Positions 39,401 through 53,800 of a stretch of 64,000 nt of DNA are shown in pieces; the first letter of the stretch is position 1, and every line of letters begins with the position of its first letter. Source of the DNA: Tubulanus polymorphus. Its lineage: Eukaryota > Animalia > Nemertea. The position numbers and the translations under genes are program-made. Location: assembly GCF_964204645.1 (NCBI RefSeq), contig NC_134026.1:26508150-26572149 (forward strand), written 5' to 3'. A model generated the notes under the pieces. It was not told where the DNA came from. It worked only from the letters and a program-made list of their open reading frames with translations, and did not search any database.

Positions 39401-40889
39401 CATCCTTTGTTGGCTTTCAAATCGTATCTAATTACAGCTAGTTACCAAGAATTTACCAAGAATTCATTTACCGGGAGGCATTCATTATCCGTATCAGGGG
39501 ACAATTATGAGCGGAAAATTATGGAATTTAATGCCTACGTTTTTTGTACATTACCCAGGCAAGCTACTGTGGTACATCCAATTACACTTGAATCTGATTC
39601 TTATCGCTCATGAAGGTAAAACAAATATCAAAAGTGCATACATTTTTTACTTCATTTAGCTTTTCTATTACGCGGATGCTCAATCGAATTCCTGTAGCAT
39701 TTTATCAATCTATCATCTAGTATTATCCCATCAATCACTTACTTTGATTGCATTGTAAGACAATGTATTACATCATTTACCTGCTGATTACACACCAGTT
39801 AAGAATGTTTCAATCGATAAAAACGTCCATGAATTGATCAATGATTTTCAATTGCAAATTTCTTCTTTACTGGAATAACTATGTGATGATGCCTTTCAAT
39901 ATACTGAGCAGTCATTTTTTCCACCATGCTCTGTCAATACTTGACGCAAATTTGCAAGATTTGTAGAGTAAATTTTACAATATTATCAAACTGAAAAAAT
40001 CAACCTTATCTCTCTGTTAGGAGTAGATCATGTTCATTAATTCTACGATGAACTAACACTTTTTAGATTGCTTTGTCCCAGTGACAAAAATCTGTTTATG
40101 TACAGTATACATCTCATATATTATCTTTCACTCTCAAGGTAGAACCATTATAGTGCTTTTATTCATTAAGACCTTGGTGCAGCCATTTGGAAATAATTTT
40201 TATGGCAGTCTTTTAGGTGCAACATTCACTTGTAAAACAGCATCAATTATTGGAATTCGATGGATTGATTGTTTAAGAGCAATTTAGTGGTATGATGCAT
40301 TCAATAGGAATTGGGCGCCAATATGAAACTATGGACAGTGGTTGATGTATGAAGTCAGATACATTAGAACGACTACTAACAACCATGGATGTTTATACTC
40401 CAAGCAACAACTCACTGTATTCGGACACGAATCACTACTATCTATATTTGCTAGTGATCGAATAAGTTAACACGTAATCTTGATGTAATGTGTGTATGTA
40501 AATGATCATCATTTTACACCTCTTATGACTTCAGTCACAGCTCATGAGTATTGATATCCGTGCTCAATTGCAGCCAATAAAATGTCCTGTTTATCTGTTA
40601 AACTAAAGATTCTAAATAAAATATTATAACCACAATTATAAGTGGAAAGAAAATGTCTAGCAACGCTGCTATTTAGATTTTTTTCTGGATGCTGCATTTC
40701 CTGGTATACTCAAAATTACATAGATCTGACGTCATTAATGGTGGTTGTTACATTGTCTTTGTAAGGATTCATGATTCGGAGAGGTGTTAGATTGAATGTA
40801 CGTCATTTATTATATCAGTGGTAGATGTCCTTTTATGTATGGACACTGTGTAAGCTCCTATTTCAGTAGATAAAGATTGCTGCATGATA

Positions 40890-41184
40890 AGCCGCGATCA
40901 CACGGAGATGATGGCACGGATCAGGCTCGGGCCAAATTTGGCCCATGCCTAATTAGAGAGCGCGTTCACTCGCAAAACATTCACTCGATACTAAACAATG
41001 CTCAAACAAAGCAAAGTGGATCATTTCCGTCGCCAGTTTCAATTCAAACGCAATCATTTGTCTGGTGCTTAAATTTGGCTGTTTTTGGTCGGGCCAAATT
41101 TGGCCCGCGCCAAACAGGCTCTGGCACATTTCGCGCCCGTGTGAACAGTTGTTCCGGGCCAAAAATGCTCGTGTGATCGCGGCT
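40890..41184 (+). mobile_element. MITE with perfect 15-bp TIRs (PIF/Harbinger-like)
   Basis: AGCCGCGATCACACG (40890-40904) and CGTGTGATCGCGGCT (41170-41184), AT-rich flanks, internal palindrome GGGCCAAATTTGGCCC present twice, related copy at 1395-1604. The superfamily is inferred from the TIR pattern. Confidence 0.85.
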
Positions 41185-44100
41185 ATTGACGCCACATTTT
41201 GAGGAAATACATGTAAATCATTTTCCTTTTCCCCAACTAGAATATTTTGTCAGAAGTATTTGCAATTTTGATGATTTTGAAAATCTTTTATTACCATATT
41301 CCTAGTTAAAGAAATCAACATTGCGAAACATGACTTGCAATAAACTTATGATTTAAGAAACAATTACTGTCAGTTAGGATCAAGATTCAACTCTATGTGA
41401 AATATCTTACTCATAATGATAGGACTGGCTCCTGAAGCTTAGACAGATAGATAACTGGGCAGCCATCAGTGTCTATAATGACTAGTTGACATTTATCAGT
41501 AATTATTTCATATGTATTGCACAAACATACTGAAAGATCTCTGTGAGTCTGTTATATTAGCCTTTGGTCATAGGAAGTGTGGGCGTATCTTATTGTATGT
41601 CCTCGTTGTCATTCATGTAGATATCTTTAATTCTGCCACTATATACTGAATTCATCTATTCTCTTATGCTTTCTGGCTAGCTAGAAAAAGAATCATTTTG
41701 GACAATATTATGTGTAATCAGAAATCCCAAATTGCACTTTACAGCAGTTGACTGGGAGTGATTTCATGTAATGGTAAGCGTGGCTTGCTGAGGTAATCTT
41801 TCTTCTGGGACACGCTACTCCTTGAAGGAGGTTTCGTACATTGATATCGTCTATCATTTCATTCTCACTAGAAAAGTGTAGAACATTCTCCCTTGTGTCA
41901 TCTGTGACCAGGCAAACAGATACAAGTATCTATTGATGAGATCATAAACACATTTATCGTCTCAAGTTGACAAATCTTGCCCCAGTCAATCAACGTTAGA
42001 TGACCACATTTTATGTGACACTCCTGAGGAATTTTGAGTGAGTTACTGACTTGACAACAGGAAATTAATTTTCGCAGTGGTTTAGTACGGCATGAACCAT
42101 GATTGATTGACATGTTCACCATGGCAACCCTAGATTACCGCTTCATTATTGCACTCAAAAAAGTTACTGCAACTAATCCATACATCAGCTATGATTATCC
42201 CTGTTTGTAAAAATCCCCCCTGTGCATTTCATTCAACTATAGTTTCATGGGTCGGATGATGCATTGTATTCCACATGGCACTACCTTCATAGAGATGTTC
42301 AGCTTGTATCAATGGCTTAACTTAAAATGATTGAAATTCGGTATATCTTCGTGTTTATTTTTAGTTCGAAGATTATCCTCATCCATTCACGCTCAAAAGA
42401 TTTGTCTCGCAAAGAAAATGTTGTTTCCTCAAATAACTATAGACATTAAGATATTTCTGCACATCAATCAGCTTGTTGTGGAATAGTTACGACAAATTGT
42501 CGGGTCATCTGTGATTATCTTACCTTCCTCGCTGCCAGTAGTTCCTTCTAATTATGGCTCTTGCTTCCTGCTTTATCGGGACTGCATGTGACCTTTTGAA
42601 ATAAGTATCTGATGTTGCAATGGCTTTTATAATTGCAGGGACCTATGAGATAGGTTCATGATTATGGTAACAGCGTTTTAGAAGACTTAAATCAATTAGA
42701 CGATGAAGAATTAGACAGCTATAATGTAGGGTTTTTATGTGATGCGATATCATTATGCCTACAAATGGTGAACTTGAATTATGTCAAGAACAATTTTTCA
42801 TTAGGTTTACATCGGTCACCAACTTTACTGCTGATTGCACCTAACTTAGTAGCCAATAGGTGTCAATATTGACTACCCATTAGCAGAACTATTGATCAAA
42901 TCAATACGGATACAACATTGACCAGTTACTTATAGTTTTTCAATAGAATTCCTGGATGAATGAACTAACGAGCATGATTAGAAAAAAGATAATGATGATG
43001 CAGCCAGAACTTTGTTCCATACTGTACTAAGAGGCTAAGAATTTCTGAAAATTGGAATTCAAATAATTGCAGGACAATTGTACAGTGTGTTATGCAAGTA
43101 TAAGAATGCTCTGGTACATAAATTCAGATATAGAAGGTTAGGAAATGGATAACAAGGTTAACATCACCAGTTCCCAGTAGATGTATTGTGTAGGTTGACA
43201 GTAACATGATAAAGCTCTATAAAATGCTGGTTAAATCGAGATGAATCTGGAATAGATAAATTCTGTTGAACACGAAAGTAAACCTAAAAATGTGTTGATT
43301 CAGATACTGATTACTTCTGAAATGGAACTGCCGTTATCCCCTTAGATATTTCATATCAAACAATGACAAATTAGAATCATTATATACCCATTGATAACTC
43401 TTGTCATGCAGGCAATGACCCATAGAGTGCAACTCCACTGAGCTGTGTAATAATATGTCATCCTCAGGTTCATGGGCGTGTATCAATAGAGCTACCATTT
43501 ACTGGTGTCTAGTTGACTGCAACTGTTAATGATTTACCTGCATTTCCAAGTTCATTATGATCAAGCTTATGTTCATAGAACTAATATAGTGTAATACACA
43601 GATTCATTGTATAAATCATGATCAAGGTTTGCAGTTGAATTATGTATGTATGCAACTGCGATGAAGATGAAGATATACATATATATCTTTCAATTGTATC
43701 AACTGTCAGAATTCTTGCCTAGAGACACACTGTTCCCTAAGTGTTTGAGATGTCAACTGTCATTTGATACATCTGTTTATGTATGATATTACATGGCAGT
43801 TCATATTATTTACTAATTTATTCAATCTGGATCCACGTATTAATTTCAAAATTTGATTGACTTCAAAATCATATAAAAGTGTTTGGAAGACTGTTCGGAC
43901 GCATTGAACAAGTCATAAAAATGTTGTCTATTGCGATCAAGGGAATCAAAAACTATATAAAGATAGAGAAGCTACAAACTTATTCATGAAGTCCAAAACT
44001 ACCATTTCAGCTACTCAAGTTTGATGGTGATATTGTGGACTAATATTTCGTTGTCTCTGATGATATCAAATGGGACTTCATTTCATATTCATTGTATTTG

Positions 44101-47100
44101 ATGGAATGAATTTCATCTCAAACCGGATTGCTTTACATTTCATGCTTGTGTGAAAAAAGAATTTAGATATTCTGAGTGAAGCGCGCTGCTTATAAGATTG
44201 CATGTATTTTTCAATATCATATAGACAAGCCTTGACAGCTTTAACCTCACGATCCACTTGGGACCAGCTTATCATTGTAATCTCTTCTGTGAAGCAGCAA
44301 CCCATGGAATCAAATGTCATGTCTCCTAACCTGCTCATTCATTTACAAGGGAGGCATGATGGATTTAATCCTCCCCTTTCAAATCACTGCGCATCCTGAC
44401 ACTTGCAATTTTCCATCATATTAGATGAAATTCTGCAGTGTTCGTGCATTATGAATTGCGTTTACCCGCTTATATTTTGTTAGTTTTCAAAACCACGGCT
44501 GGTTTGTGAAACTGATTGTCTATTTCTAAAATCTAATGAACCAGTGTGAATGAAACATGTTTTCATTCTCAAGAAAATGCAAATCATCGTTTAGATGATG
44601 ATTTCATTCTTTTCTGAACGGATTGAAGCATGTGATGATGATGTTTGCGTAGTGCTCGATGAATGTCCCAAGAGAAATTAGTGATTGTATTCGAGTAGGT
44701 TTTCACAAGAACAACTTTTAAACACACCACTGCCTGTTGTGTTGACTGAGTTTATACTTTTGAAATTCAGTAAACAGCGATTTTTCTCCAGGTTTATTCT
44801 TGTGACATTTGTTACTATTCGAGTCATTGTGTGTGTGTTAGTATTCTACCATGACGTGTGTAAATTGTTATTTCTTTCAGTGTCCATGACGAAGAAGATG
44901 AAATTGCCATTGATTTACATAATGGATTTTTCAAAAAGGTTCTAATCTATGAAAGGCTGGCAAAGAAGGCTACATCGCAGAATGTAAACAGTGTGTTATG
45001 CCAAAATACACCATCTAGTGTGTTTATACACGTAGGTAAAGTAACCATATTATATATTTGAAAAATATGTCTATTACTTACTGCAAAGAAAGAAATGAAT
45101 AATGATACCATATCATGGGAAAATGTCATAGAAAAGAGAAAAATTTTGCTTTTTGAATTGGTGTACTGGAGAAACTGTATTATCACTTTTTCTTAAAGGT
45201 CTTATGTTTTTTCTCATGATAACATTAATTTACGCTGTTATTATATGGCCTTATATGCAATTATTAGACCTCCATCCATCATGTTACTGTGAATATAGGG
45301 ATGGCAGTTTGGTTACCCAGGCTTATTGCCTTTGTCATCCGTGACATGGCCATCCTGTATTTCACCCTGCAGTCAACTGGTTGTGATTCATTGATGATGA
45401 AAAGCTTCAGGTAGATAGAAATGATGAAAATTTTAACCCGCGCAGTTATGATCTTTGTATATGGGAATCTGTAATGTCCTTCGAGCAAGAGAACTTTATC
45501 AAGCTTCATAAGGGCACCTTTGAAATATTTCGATCAAACAGTACTTTTTAATTGCACCTCTCTGGTTGTGAGCTAATTCACAAAGGAGCTTTTCTGTTTT
45601 GATAGAAATGAATATATGAGCTCAACATTTATCTTCTCGTGAAATGAGATCTCATGTTTTACGAATCGATATTGGCAATTGTCATTTTTTTCCATCAAAG
45701 GCAAGAACCATCCGTATGGAATATGATATATGATATGATATGTAGTCCTGCTTTAAACAAACATTTTGTCAGTAGCATATACCCATTAATGTAACCAGTG
45801 ATAAACATGCCACTCCTTTGATTCTATGGTATACATTGTATATTGCAACCAAGATGGATGAAAAGTGCCCATATAAATCTGAATTTATTATATACCACGC
45901 TTGGAAGAGTTTTCGTTTCACTTTTAATTTAAGCCTAGTTATTGGGGATGGACTCATATACTTCCTACATATTATATTCTCTACTAAGCTGATCATCTTA
46001 AGTTGTTTCTACCATAAATAGATGCTGTTTAATATGTATAGCAGCTCTCATAATCTCTGACAGTCGCTCCTAATGCATTGTCTTCCTGATTGTGATCATT
46101 TCAACATGACGATGCGTGGGTAGCAATATTACCGGACATTTTAAATCTTGCCGGGAACTGCTGTATTCTATATTTAGCGAAATTGGCTATTTGATGTCAT
46201 GACTTCGTTCTTCCGTTTATTGCAGAACAATGATACATGCATACAAATGACTAATTAATACATGAACGTGTTCACTATCTGATTTGTTTTTCGACAGTTT
46301 TGTATAAGAAATGTTTTCCAATACAATGATATGCATCTACTAGCAGGTTGATTTTTGCTGAAATGTAAGCCTAGCGCTCGCAGCAACAGGAAACAAATAA
46401 GTTTCGACTGCATTGCTCTGAAACACAAAGCAATGATTTGATAAACCATGTTTCATGTTTCAGAGCAGTGCAAACAGTCAAGAAACAAGCCAAAAAAGGC
46501 TTACTTTTTCAGGTTTATGTCTTGCTGTGTGCGTACGTTAGTTGGTCTAGTTTCGGACGAGTATCGGGTTGCGTTTTTACAATTATTCATTTAACTGACA
46601 TTTCGATAATCTAGTTTGATTTTTCTGTATCTACAGTAATAATCCAAAAACGATACTTCTCCTATAAGCTCATTCTTATGATCTCCAATTTCAATGGGAC
46701 TGACAACATAAATATCTGAACATTGAAGCGTCTGAAATTTATTGAATGTGATTAGCACAAGCTAATCTCATGAATTCAATTCGATTTCATGTTTTCTTAA
46801 ACAAGGGGAATGGTCTTGGCTTTCCCTTGTATCGGGCGGGGGGGGGGGGGTATTCTTTATACTTCTGTTTGTACAATTCTGTTATAATTCAAGGGAAAAA
46901 TAAAGTTTTTGTCATTATTGTTAAATGAAAAATACAAGATATCTGTCGGCTAGATAAACCAGTTTGTTTATTAGCTGCAACTAAATACTTGCGATGAATG
47001 CAAAAATAGATAAGGTATTGTCACAGCATCATTGTCTGATAATCTACAAAATATCACATGCCTCCTAGCAGAAAAGGTACGTGCACCACACTACAATGCA

Positions 47101-50100
47101 ATGCAATCTAGAATGGCTAAATTGGGAAGTTATAGACATATAAAACAGTTCATTAGTGTCACCATCAATAGTTCGTAAATGGTCAGCCCGGGGTGGACGA
47201 AATGACAAACACGGCATACAAATATGACCAGAGTAGCTGTTAAGTTTACAGTCGAGAGATGTATTGCGCTAAGCTATTAGTCAAACTAGACAGATACATG
47301 CTCCTTTTACTATTTACTACTGTTACGAGATTCTAAAGCAATATCAGCAGATAAGTCCCCGGTATTACCAGAATGTCGCTGTGCTTTCCCGTGATCTTTT
47401 TGTAGAATTTGATTCCGATTGGCGTCTAGATGATTGAGGAATATTTGATATGATATAGACACATGCACAGCTATTTGGGGGTCAGTTTTTTGCGCGAACG
47501 TCATGTGGGATAACTATAAATTACCAAAGTATTTGCCTAACCTAAACTGAGGAAATGATAGGTGTGTACAGAGACTTCCAAGGACACTTCTTTTGTTCTT
47601 ATGCCAACATAGTGTTTGCTTGTTATCGTCTTGGCTGGCTCGCCACACTGTTGACACTGCTACTGCTGAGAGCATGGTTGCGGTCCTGTTGCCATCAAAT
47701 CGGTAAGGACTGCCACTCCTACACGCCAAATGCACCAGTAATACATCAACACCTCATGTTCAGAAATTGATTGCTATTAATTTGAGCTGTTCTGAAAGAA
47801 CCCATTAACATTGTAAGACACGCTATACCAATTATGACACGTATCTTTCAATTGTGCATTGGAAGGCTGTGTCAGATTATTTTCTGTTTAACTGTGTTTT
47901 TCTGTTACCGGTATCTAACTCATCAGTCAAACATTTCATTTACACTTCTACTCCATATTCGGAGTCCAATTCTGCGATTACAGTGTAAGAATCTTCAAGT
48001 TCAGGTGCTCATTCAACACAGTAATTATCTGTCATTTCTTCCACTAAATATCCCCCGCCGTCAAGTATACATGTGATGACTAATATATCACGTTTTATGT
48101 CTGTCCGTGGTACTTATTTGCAATGAAAATACCAGACCCTAGATAGTGGACATTCCATGATCAGCAAATAGATCTATGACATTTAGCAATAATTATGCTT
48201 CGTCTTTGATGCAGGAAATAAATGATTGTCACAGATGAGGGCATCAGGGGTGGAGCTGGTTTTTTATTTCATGGTTTTTGATCGGATGATTATTGATCAA
48301 TAGGATTATATCTAAGTATCCTGTTATCGGGACCACCACTGCTATCGAGGGTACCGGTGCACTCCTATTGATGTCACACATGTGGTCGTGGTCGACTGAT
48401 ATCGAATGACAAATCGTCCTTTTGCATGAAAATTTCAGCTCGAAATGTCTTGGGTTTCCGTGTATACAGGAGTATAGGTTACTATATGTAGATTACACGC
48501 TGTTAGATACAGACATTCATTACTGAAAGATGATTGAGGGCGTATTAATATAGATTTGTCCTAGATTGATGATGCCTTGACCGCAGTGAACATCCCTTAG
48601 CTACATTTGTTCCTATGAAGAATCATGAGGGGCCACGTTTAACAGGGTCATTTGTTCATTGGCAGCAATGCTTGCTACGGTGTAAACGCTTAATTTCCCT
48701 ACGGTAGCGTGACCAGACTACTGTCACATTACTATAATTGACCCTATTATTTTTTCAATGAAAATAGAATTGCTTATTTGGTCCGATTACTACAACAGTA
48801 CCATGGTAAAGGTGTGGAAAACTAATAATGTCTTAAACTTCTTCATCACCCTAGCCAGAAATTGAATTGCCATAGAAATGCCGAGCTCTTTTATACCAGA
48901 AAACTATGCATGACAGTTTTTTCTTCATTAGCTTGATGCACAGAAAATGACAAGATGGATAACACTGATTCATCGCTAAACAGTGGTTTAGCGTGAAAAC
49001 TCTCAGTAGAACCTGCCGTAGTGAGAATGACATTTTCTTGTCTCATTGACCACATTTTCTTGGAAATCGATATTTCAAGCAGGCACGACTTTTTATATAG
49101 TTCATTCCTGGTATAAACATTAATTGAATACGAAAGTCCAAGGTGATGCTTTAGGTGCACTGAAGCGGCATGATGTTTACATAAATTATTATCGATTAAT
49201 CTACCCAGTAAATTATTGGTTTTGTCTCCCTAGTTGCACGAGACTGTTTCACTGGAGATTTTCGGTTTGGATAGATTGCGCAGTGTTGCCTAATTGAATG
49301 CGCTAGAAAGGAAATGGTTCGTTCATAATGTCATTATAGAGACATCATCAGAGACTTCATATTTGCAAACGAGATTTTTTTTTTGAAAAAAGAAGATTTC
49401 ATATAGTCATATATTCTCAAATGTATTTGTTCGCCTTGTGAATCAAAATGATTTTAATTAAAAGCCAAACATTCTTCTGTCCACCGGGGATATCCCTGGT
49501 ACTTACATTTAATGATAAAAATTGTGCTTCTTCTGCCGCGTGCCTTGTACCATGTTTTCCCATCTGTACATGATTCTAGCGGAAAGGTGAAAGGTAAAAC
49601 TTCACTAAGGAAACTTGTCCGTACTGCTGAAATCAATACTGTAAATGCTTTTCAAACCCCAGCCCTGTACAGCATTATCTATTGCCGAGCTATAGATTTC
49701 ACAGCAGACTTGTCTTTTCATCGGAAAAATAAAAAATCTTTTCGATGTTGAATCACAAGTTTTTCTATGAATTTCTTCACAGTGATGATAACGCCGAAGA
49801 AATGTCTAGCCTCATGTGATCCGTATTAATCACTGAATCCCATATAGATTTATTTGATTTTAATAGCTTTATTAGTAACCTTTATTCGAAAATCACAGCA
49901 TATCAGAGAATTGAAATCTCGATGGTTTCTTTACTGTCACGACGATATTGATGAAGTACACAATTAATTAAGCTTCTCCTACGTTACAAATGATCATGCG
50001 ATGTGATGTGTCTCGCATATAACCATTTCCTGTAGAATCAAAGTGATATGATGTGAGGGCAGATAAAGAAAAAGGTGTGTTTGCCTGTTGTGATGAGTTA

Positions 50101-50878
50101 CTTTAAAACGTCATCAGATGTTTAAATGGCTGATTCAATCCTCTTAGCGTAAGTCGCTCACTGTATTCTCTGACCTTTACACGATGACGTGTGAATTCAT
50201 TTCTTGTAACTGGTGTATTTTTATCCCTTTTTCGAATTACTGGATGTCTTTTTTATATCAAAACTCTTGTTCGGAGTTCATCAATGAATAGATATATGAT
50301 TGTCGATCATGTAATGGTTCTATGTTTGCTGATGATTTGAAATAAGTGTGGTAGATTTCTATTGAGCAATGTTCAGGATGTTTTCTCACATGATAATACT
50401 ATAAAATTCATAATAGATAGAATTGGATTATCACCAAATACTAAGTTGAGAAGCAAGTTGATCAGATTTCCGCTAAAGTTTCATTCATGAATCTCGTGAG
50501 AGCTATGATGAACAGAATGACTTCATACAATTCATAACTTTACGTTTGTTGCAAGAGGATTACAGGTTAATTTCAATCTCTTTTACAAGAGCATTTTGCA
50601 TTATTCATAGCTGACTCAATGAAAAGATGTTTGGTGTAATTGTTATTGTTTTAATCTTTTGGTCATTGCTTTTCAGCTCATACTCGAATCCCTTCAATTT
50701 GATTTGTTTTTGCACTTATTAATGATGCCTGTGTTATCTTGCTGTGCATCACTCATTGGCAATGGTTTCATTTAACGTTTGATGTCAACCCCTACTACAT
50801 ATATCAATAGTGTATCATGGTAGAAATTTGATTTTTATATTCGTACTTATATTTTGCATTTATAGGAAAGTGTTGTTA

Positions 50879-53800
50879 ATGTCGTGCCTCTCAGCCAAGC
50901 TTTGTAGCATGGAGGTTCTCTCTATGATCAAACATAGCTTGGTAGCTGATGGGAACAATCCTATAACAAAGCATTTCCAGATCGGCAAGCACGTGGCCAG
51001 TGCAGGTCCGGAGTCAGTGTGGAAAATCTATGACGCCGTGCGGATTGAAGATAAACAGGTAAGCCATGAAATATAATAATATGATGTCCGCAACACGAGT
51101 GAATAAACCTGCTAACTGGTTGTCAAATGATGTGACTTTAATGTGTGTCGAATCATATAATTTGTCACTTCCACCTGCTCAGCAAGATCTATCTAAGACA
51201 GCTACACACTCTAATTATCAGATGGTTTAGAGGTCAAAAGAGATTTCGTATTCATCGTCGATATATATTTGTCTATACGAGCAATTTTGATTCGGAAATC
51301 TAACACACACATCAATCGACCAAATATAAATACTTGCTCATAATTGCAAGGATATTTGAAATATATACATACTATTCATTCAGTCTTTCAAAAATTCCTA
51401 ACTTTTGTTGATTTATCTGAAAAACGAACAGCTTATACCAATGGGAGTTTGCTGCCAGCGAAATCTCTTTCATTTGTATTCAAAAAAGGTACAAGTTCCT
51501 GGAATTGACTGCAGCAGTGGAGATAATGTGACGATATATCTTGAATAACATGTTACATATTTTTATTTATCCTTAGGGCCGAGCACTCAAACTTTGATCG
51601 ATATCAAAAACTTCAAAAATTTCAGTCCCAATAGACTTGTAGTAATATTAATGAAAAACGTGCCCATTGTTTTTTATTGACAGTACCCATTAGGAATAGA
51701 TATGTTTAATGTAATAGTCCATTTTTTGCGTTTACCCAAATAATTAAAGATACTATTTCAGAGATTGAATTTATGGGTTTTTACCTTGTGTAGATCATTT
51801 AGATCATCACGGAAAGTAAGGAAACGGTGTGATCTAGATTAGTCTACTCATGGATATTGGTAATAAGAACCAATTGTTCGAGCATATCACGCATTGAATT
51901 AGTAAGCAGTCACAGTAAAGAGTCCAGGGATTCTGATTCTGATTATTGAAACTATTGACTAGTGTCTGCTCTCTCATAGCGCTTAGTGTCTTTTCATCAA
52001 GACAAAAATTGTAGGATACTGATAACTGCAATTTTGTTCTTTCTAGATTTTGTATCTCGTAAGGTAGTAGATTATATTGTGAATTGAATAGTGAATTATT
52101 GTCCAAATGAAAGGGATAACTGAGTGTCCTGTAGTGACTGGGCTATTTGATTTTAACGATTAAATGTCATATGCAGTTAGAATTGATTGATAGATGATTT
52201 GAATCTTCTCTAATATAATATTGATTCAATTCATTTACAGATCTCAGCAATAAGAGCAATTTCTATCCTTTAGAGATCATTTGGAAAACGTTTCAGTTAT
52301 TGAGTTGGGCCTGAATCAATGGTTTTTTTTTTCGCTTTTATCATAGGAGGCATCTGTATTCATATTTGAGAAGAGAATTGCGGATAAGTTACATAAACCA
52401 CGTAGACGTGAAACTGTTGCTGAAATTCTGCGCCGTGAAGTGAAACATCTCGGTCGATTTAAACATCCGAAAATATTGACCATCATGCATCCAATTGAAG
52501 AATGCCAGTAAGTTGTATCAGGAATATATGACACTAAATACCAATCTGAACAAATCAGATCACTGCAGTTTACAGTTATATTGAAGGATTTGCGTTGCAC
52601 ATTTACTGCCAATGAGGTGACCATTTGATATGTGGCATCCTTATCTGTTTACTAATGTGGTCATTAGGTGATGGCAAGGAAATGACTCTTACTGCTTGTG
52701 AATAATGGCGTGTTGGATTGTGTGAAGCCATTGAATACAAGCTATCAGTAAAGCATTAATATAATACTGTCAGACTTCTTTGGATTTTGAAAATGTTGTA
52801 CATGTATTAAAAGACATGTATGTATTAAGACATTAAGACAAGTAGTTATGATATCTATAACTCAATCATCTCTATGCAATAATACTCAAACGTTTACTTC
52901 GATTTTCAGTGACAGCCTGGCTTTTGCTTCAGAACCTGTTTTGGCAAGTTTAGGCAATATGTTGGGCAACTATGAGCGGATGCCCTCACCAGTACCGCAG
53001 GAAATAAAGGTAAAGTTGTAGTGAATTCGGGTTTACTTTAACATCGTATAGTCATCTGCTTCTAGAAGAATCTAATCAGGTCTCAGCTTCTTCGACAAAT
53101 CTCACGGCATAGAATTCGATTAAATTAGAGCCATGTCACAAAGATGCCAGTGCCCTGAAGGGTTAAGTTCATGGATGGATTATTGCGTTTATATTGCTAT
53201 TATCATACTTACTATGTATAGTTGCCAGATTATCTCATATTCTCGAATAAGATTTTAATGTGAATTTCCACTCTACAAATATTGCACGAGTATTTAACTT
53301 TCTTCATTGGAAAATCACTGAAATGCAACCAATGAGCGCTGACTGTGTAGAGTCTATTGCCCTCATATTCTCTGCTTGAGAACGTGATTAAAATTTTGTT
53401 CCTTTTTTCGTGCTCGCGGCGACAGTTCCCTTATGAAAGTGTGTTAAGAGAATTCATGATAAATGCGTGGATGCAATTGAAAACTATAAGAATGTTCTCA
53501 GTTAAACATCAAGGCTGTCATTTTCCCGTTGGCCTCAGCACTGCTGTTACAATGTCTAATAAATTCTGTCATAAATAAGCTTCGGAAATGAAAGTTATGA
53601 AGTAATTTTTTTACGAACCGCGAAGAGTATGTGTGATTAGGAAATAGGTGTAGAAATGGTTTTATTGGTTGGCACCGAGTTTAGCTGCATGATGAAAATG
53701 ACTGATGACTGAATGAATGGAAATGGCCTGACTGTTTTCCTATAGAGCAAATTATGATATGAGTATGTGTATGGTAACTGCTTCATGTAATGCTTGCCAC

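Noticed and set aside
40877-41195. ORFs sharing the peptide GPCLIRER with the ORF at 1320-1586
   Set aside because: The shared peptide reflects the common MITE sequence, not a protein family.
42114-42128. RFX X-box-like GTTCACCATGGCAAC
   Set aside because: Single imperfect motif with no positional support.
42653-42725. Protein-looking stretch VHDYGNSVLEDLNQLDDEELDSYN between AG and GT
   Set aside because: Weak splice signals, no partner exons and no recognisable homology.
44078-44338. 86-aa minus-strand ORF
   Set aside because: No recognisable domain and no supporting exon structure.
46838-46850. Poly-G run
   Set aside because: Simple homopolymer; no functional evidence.
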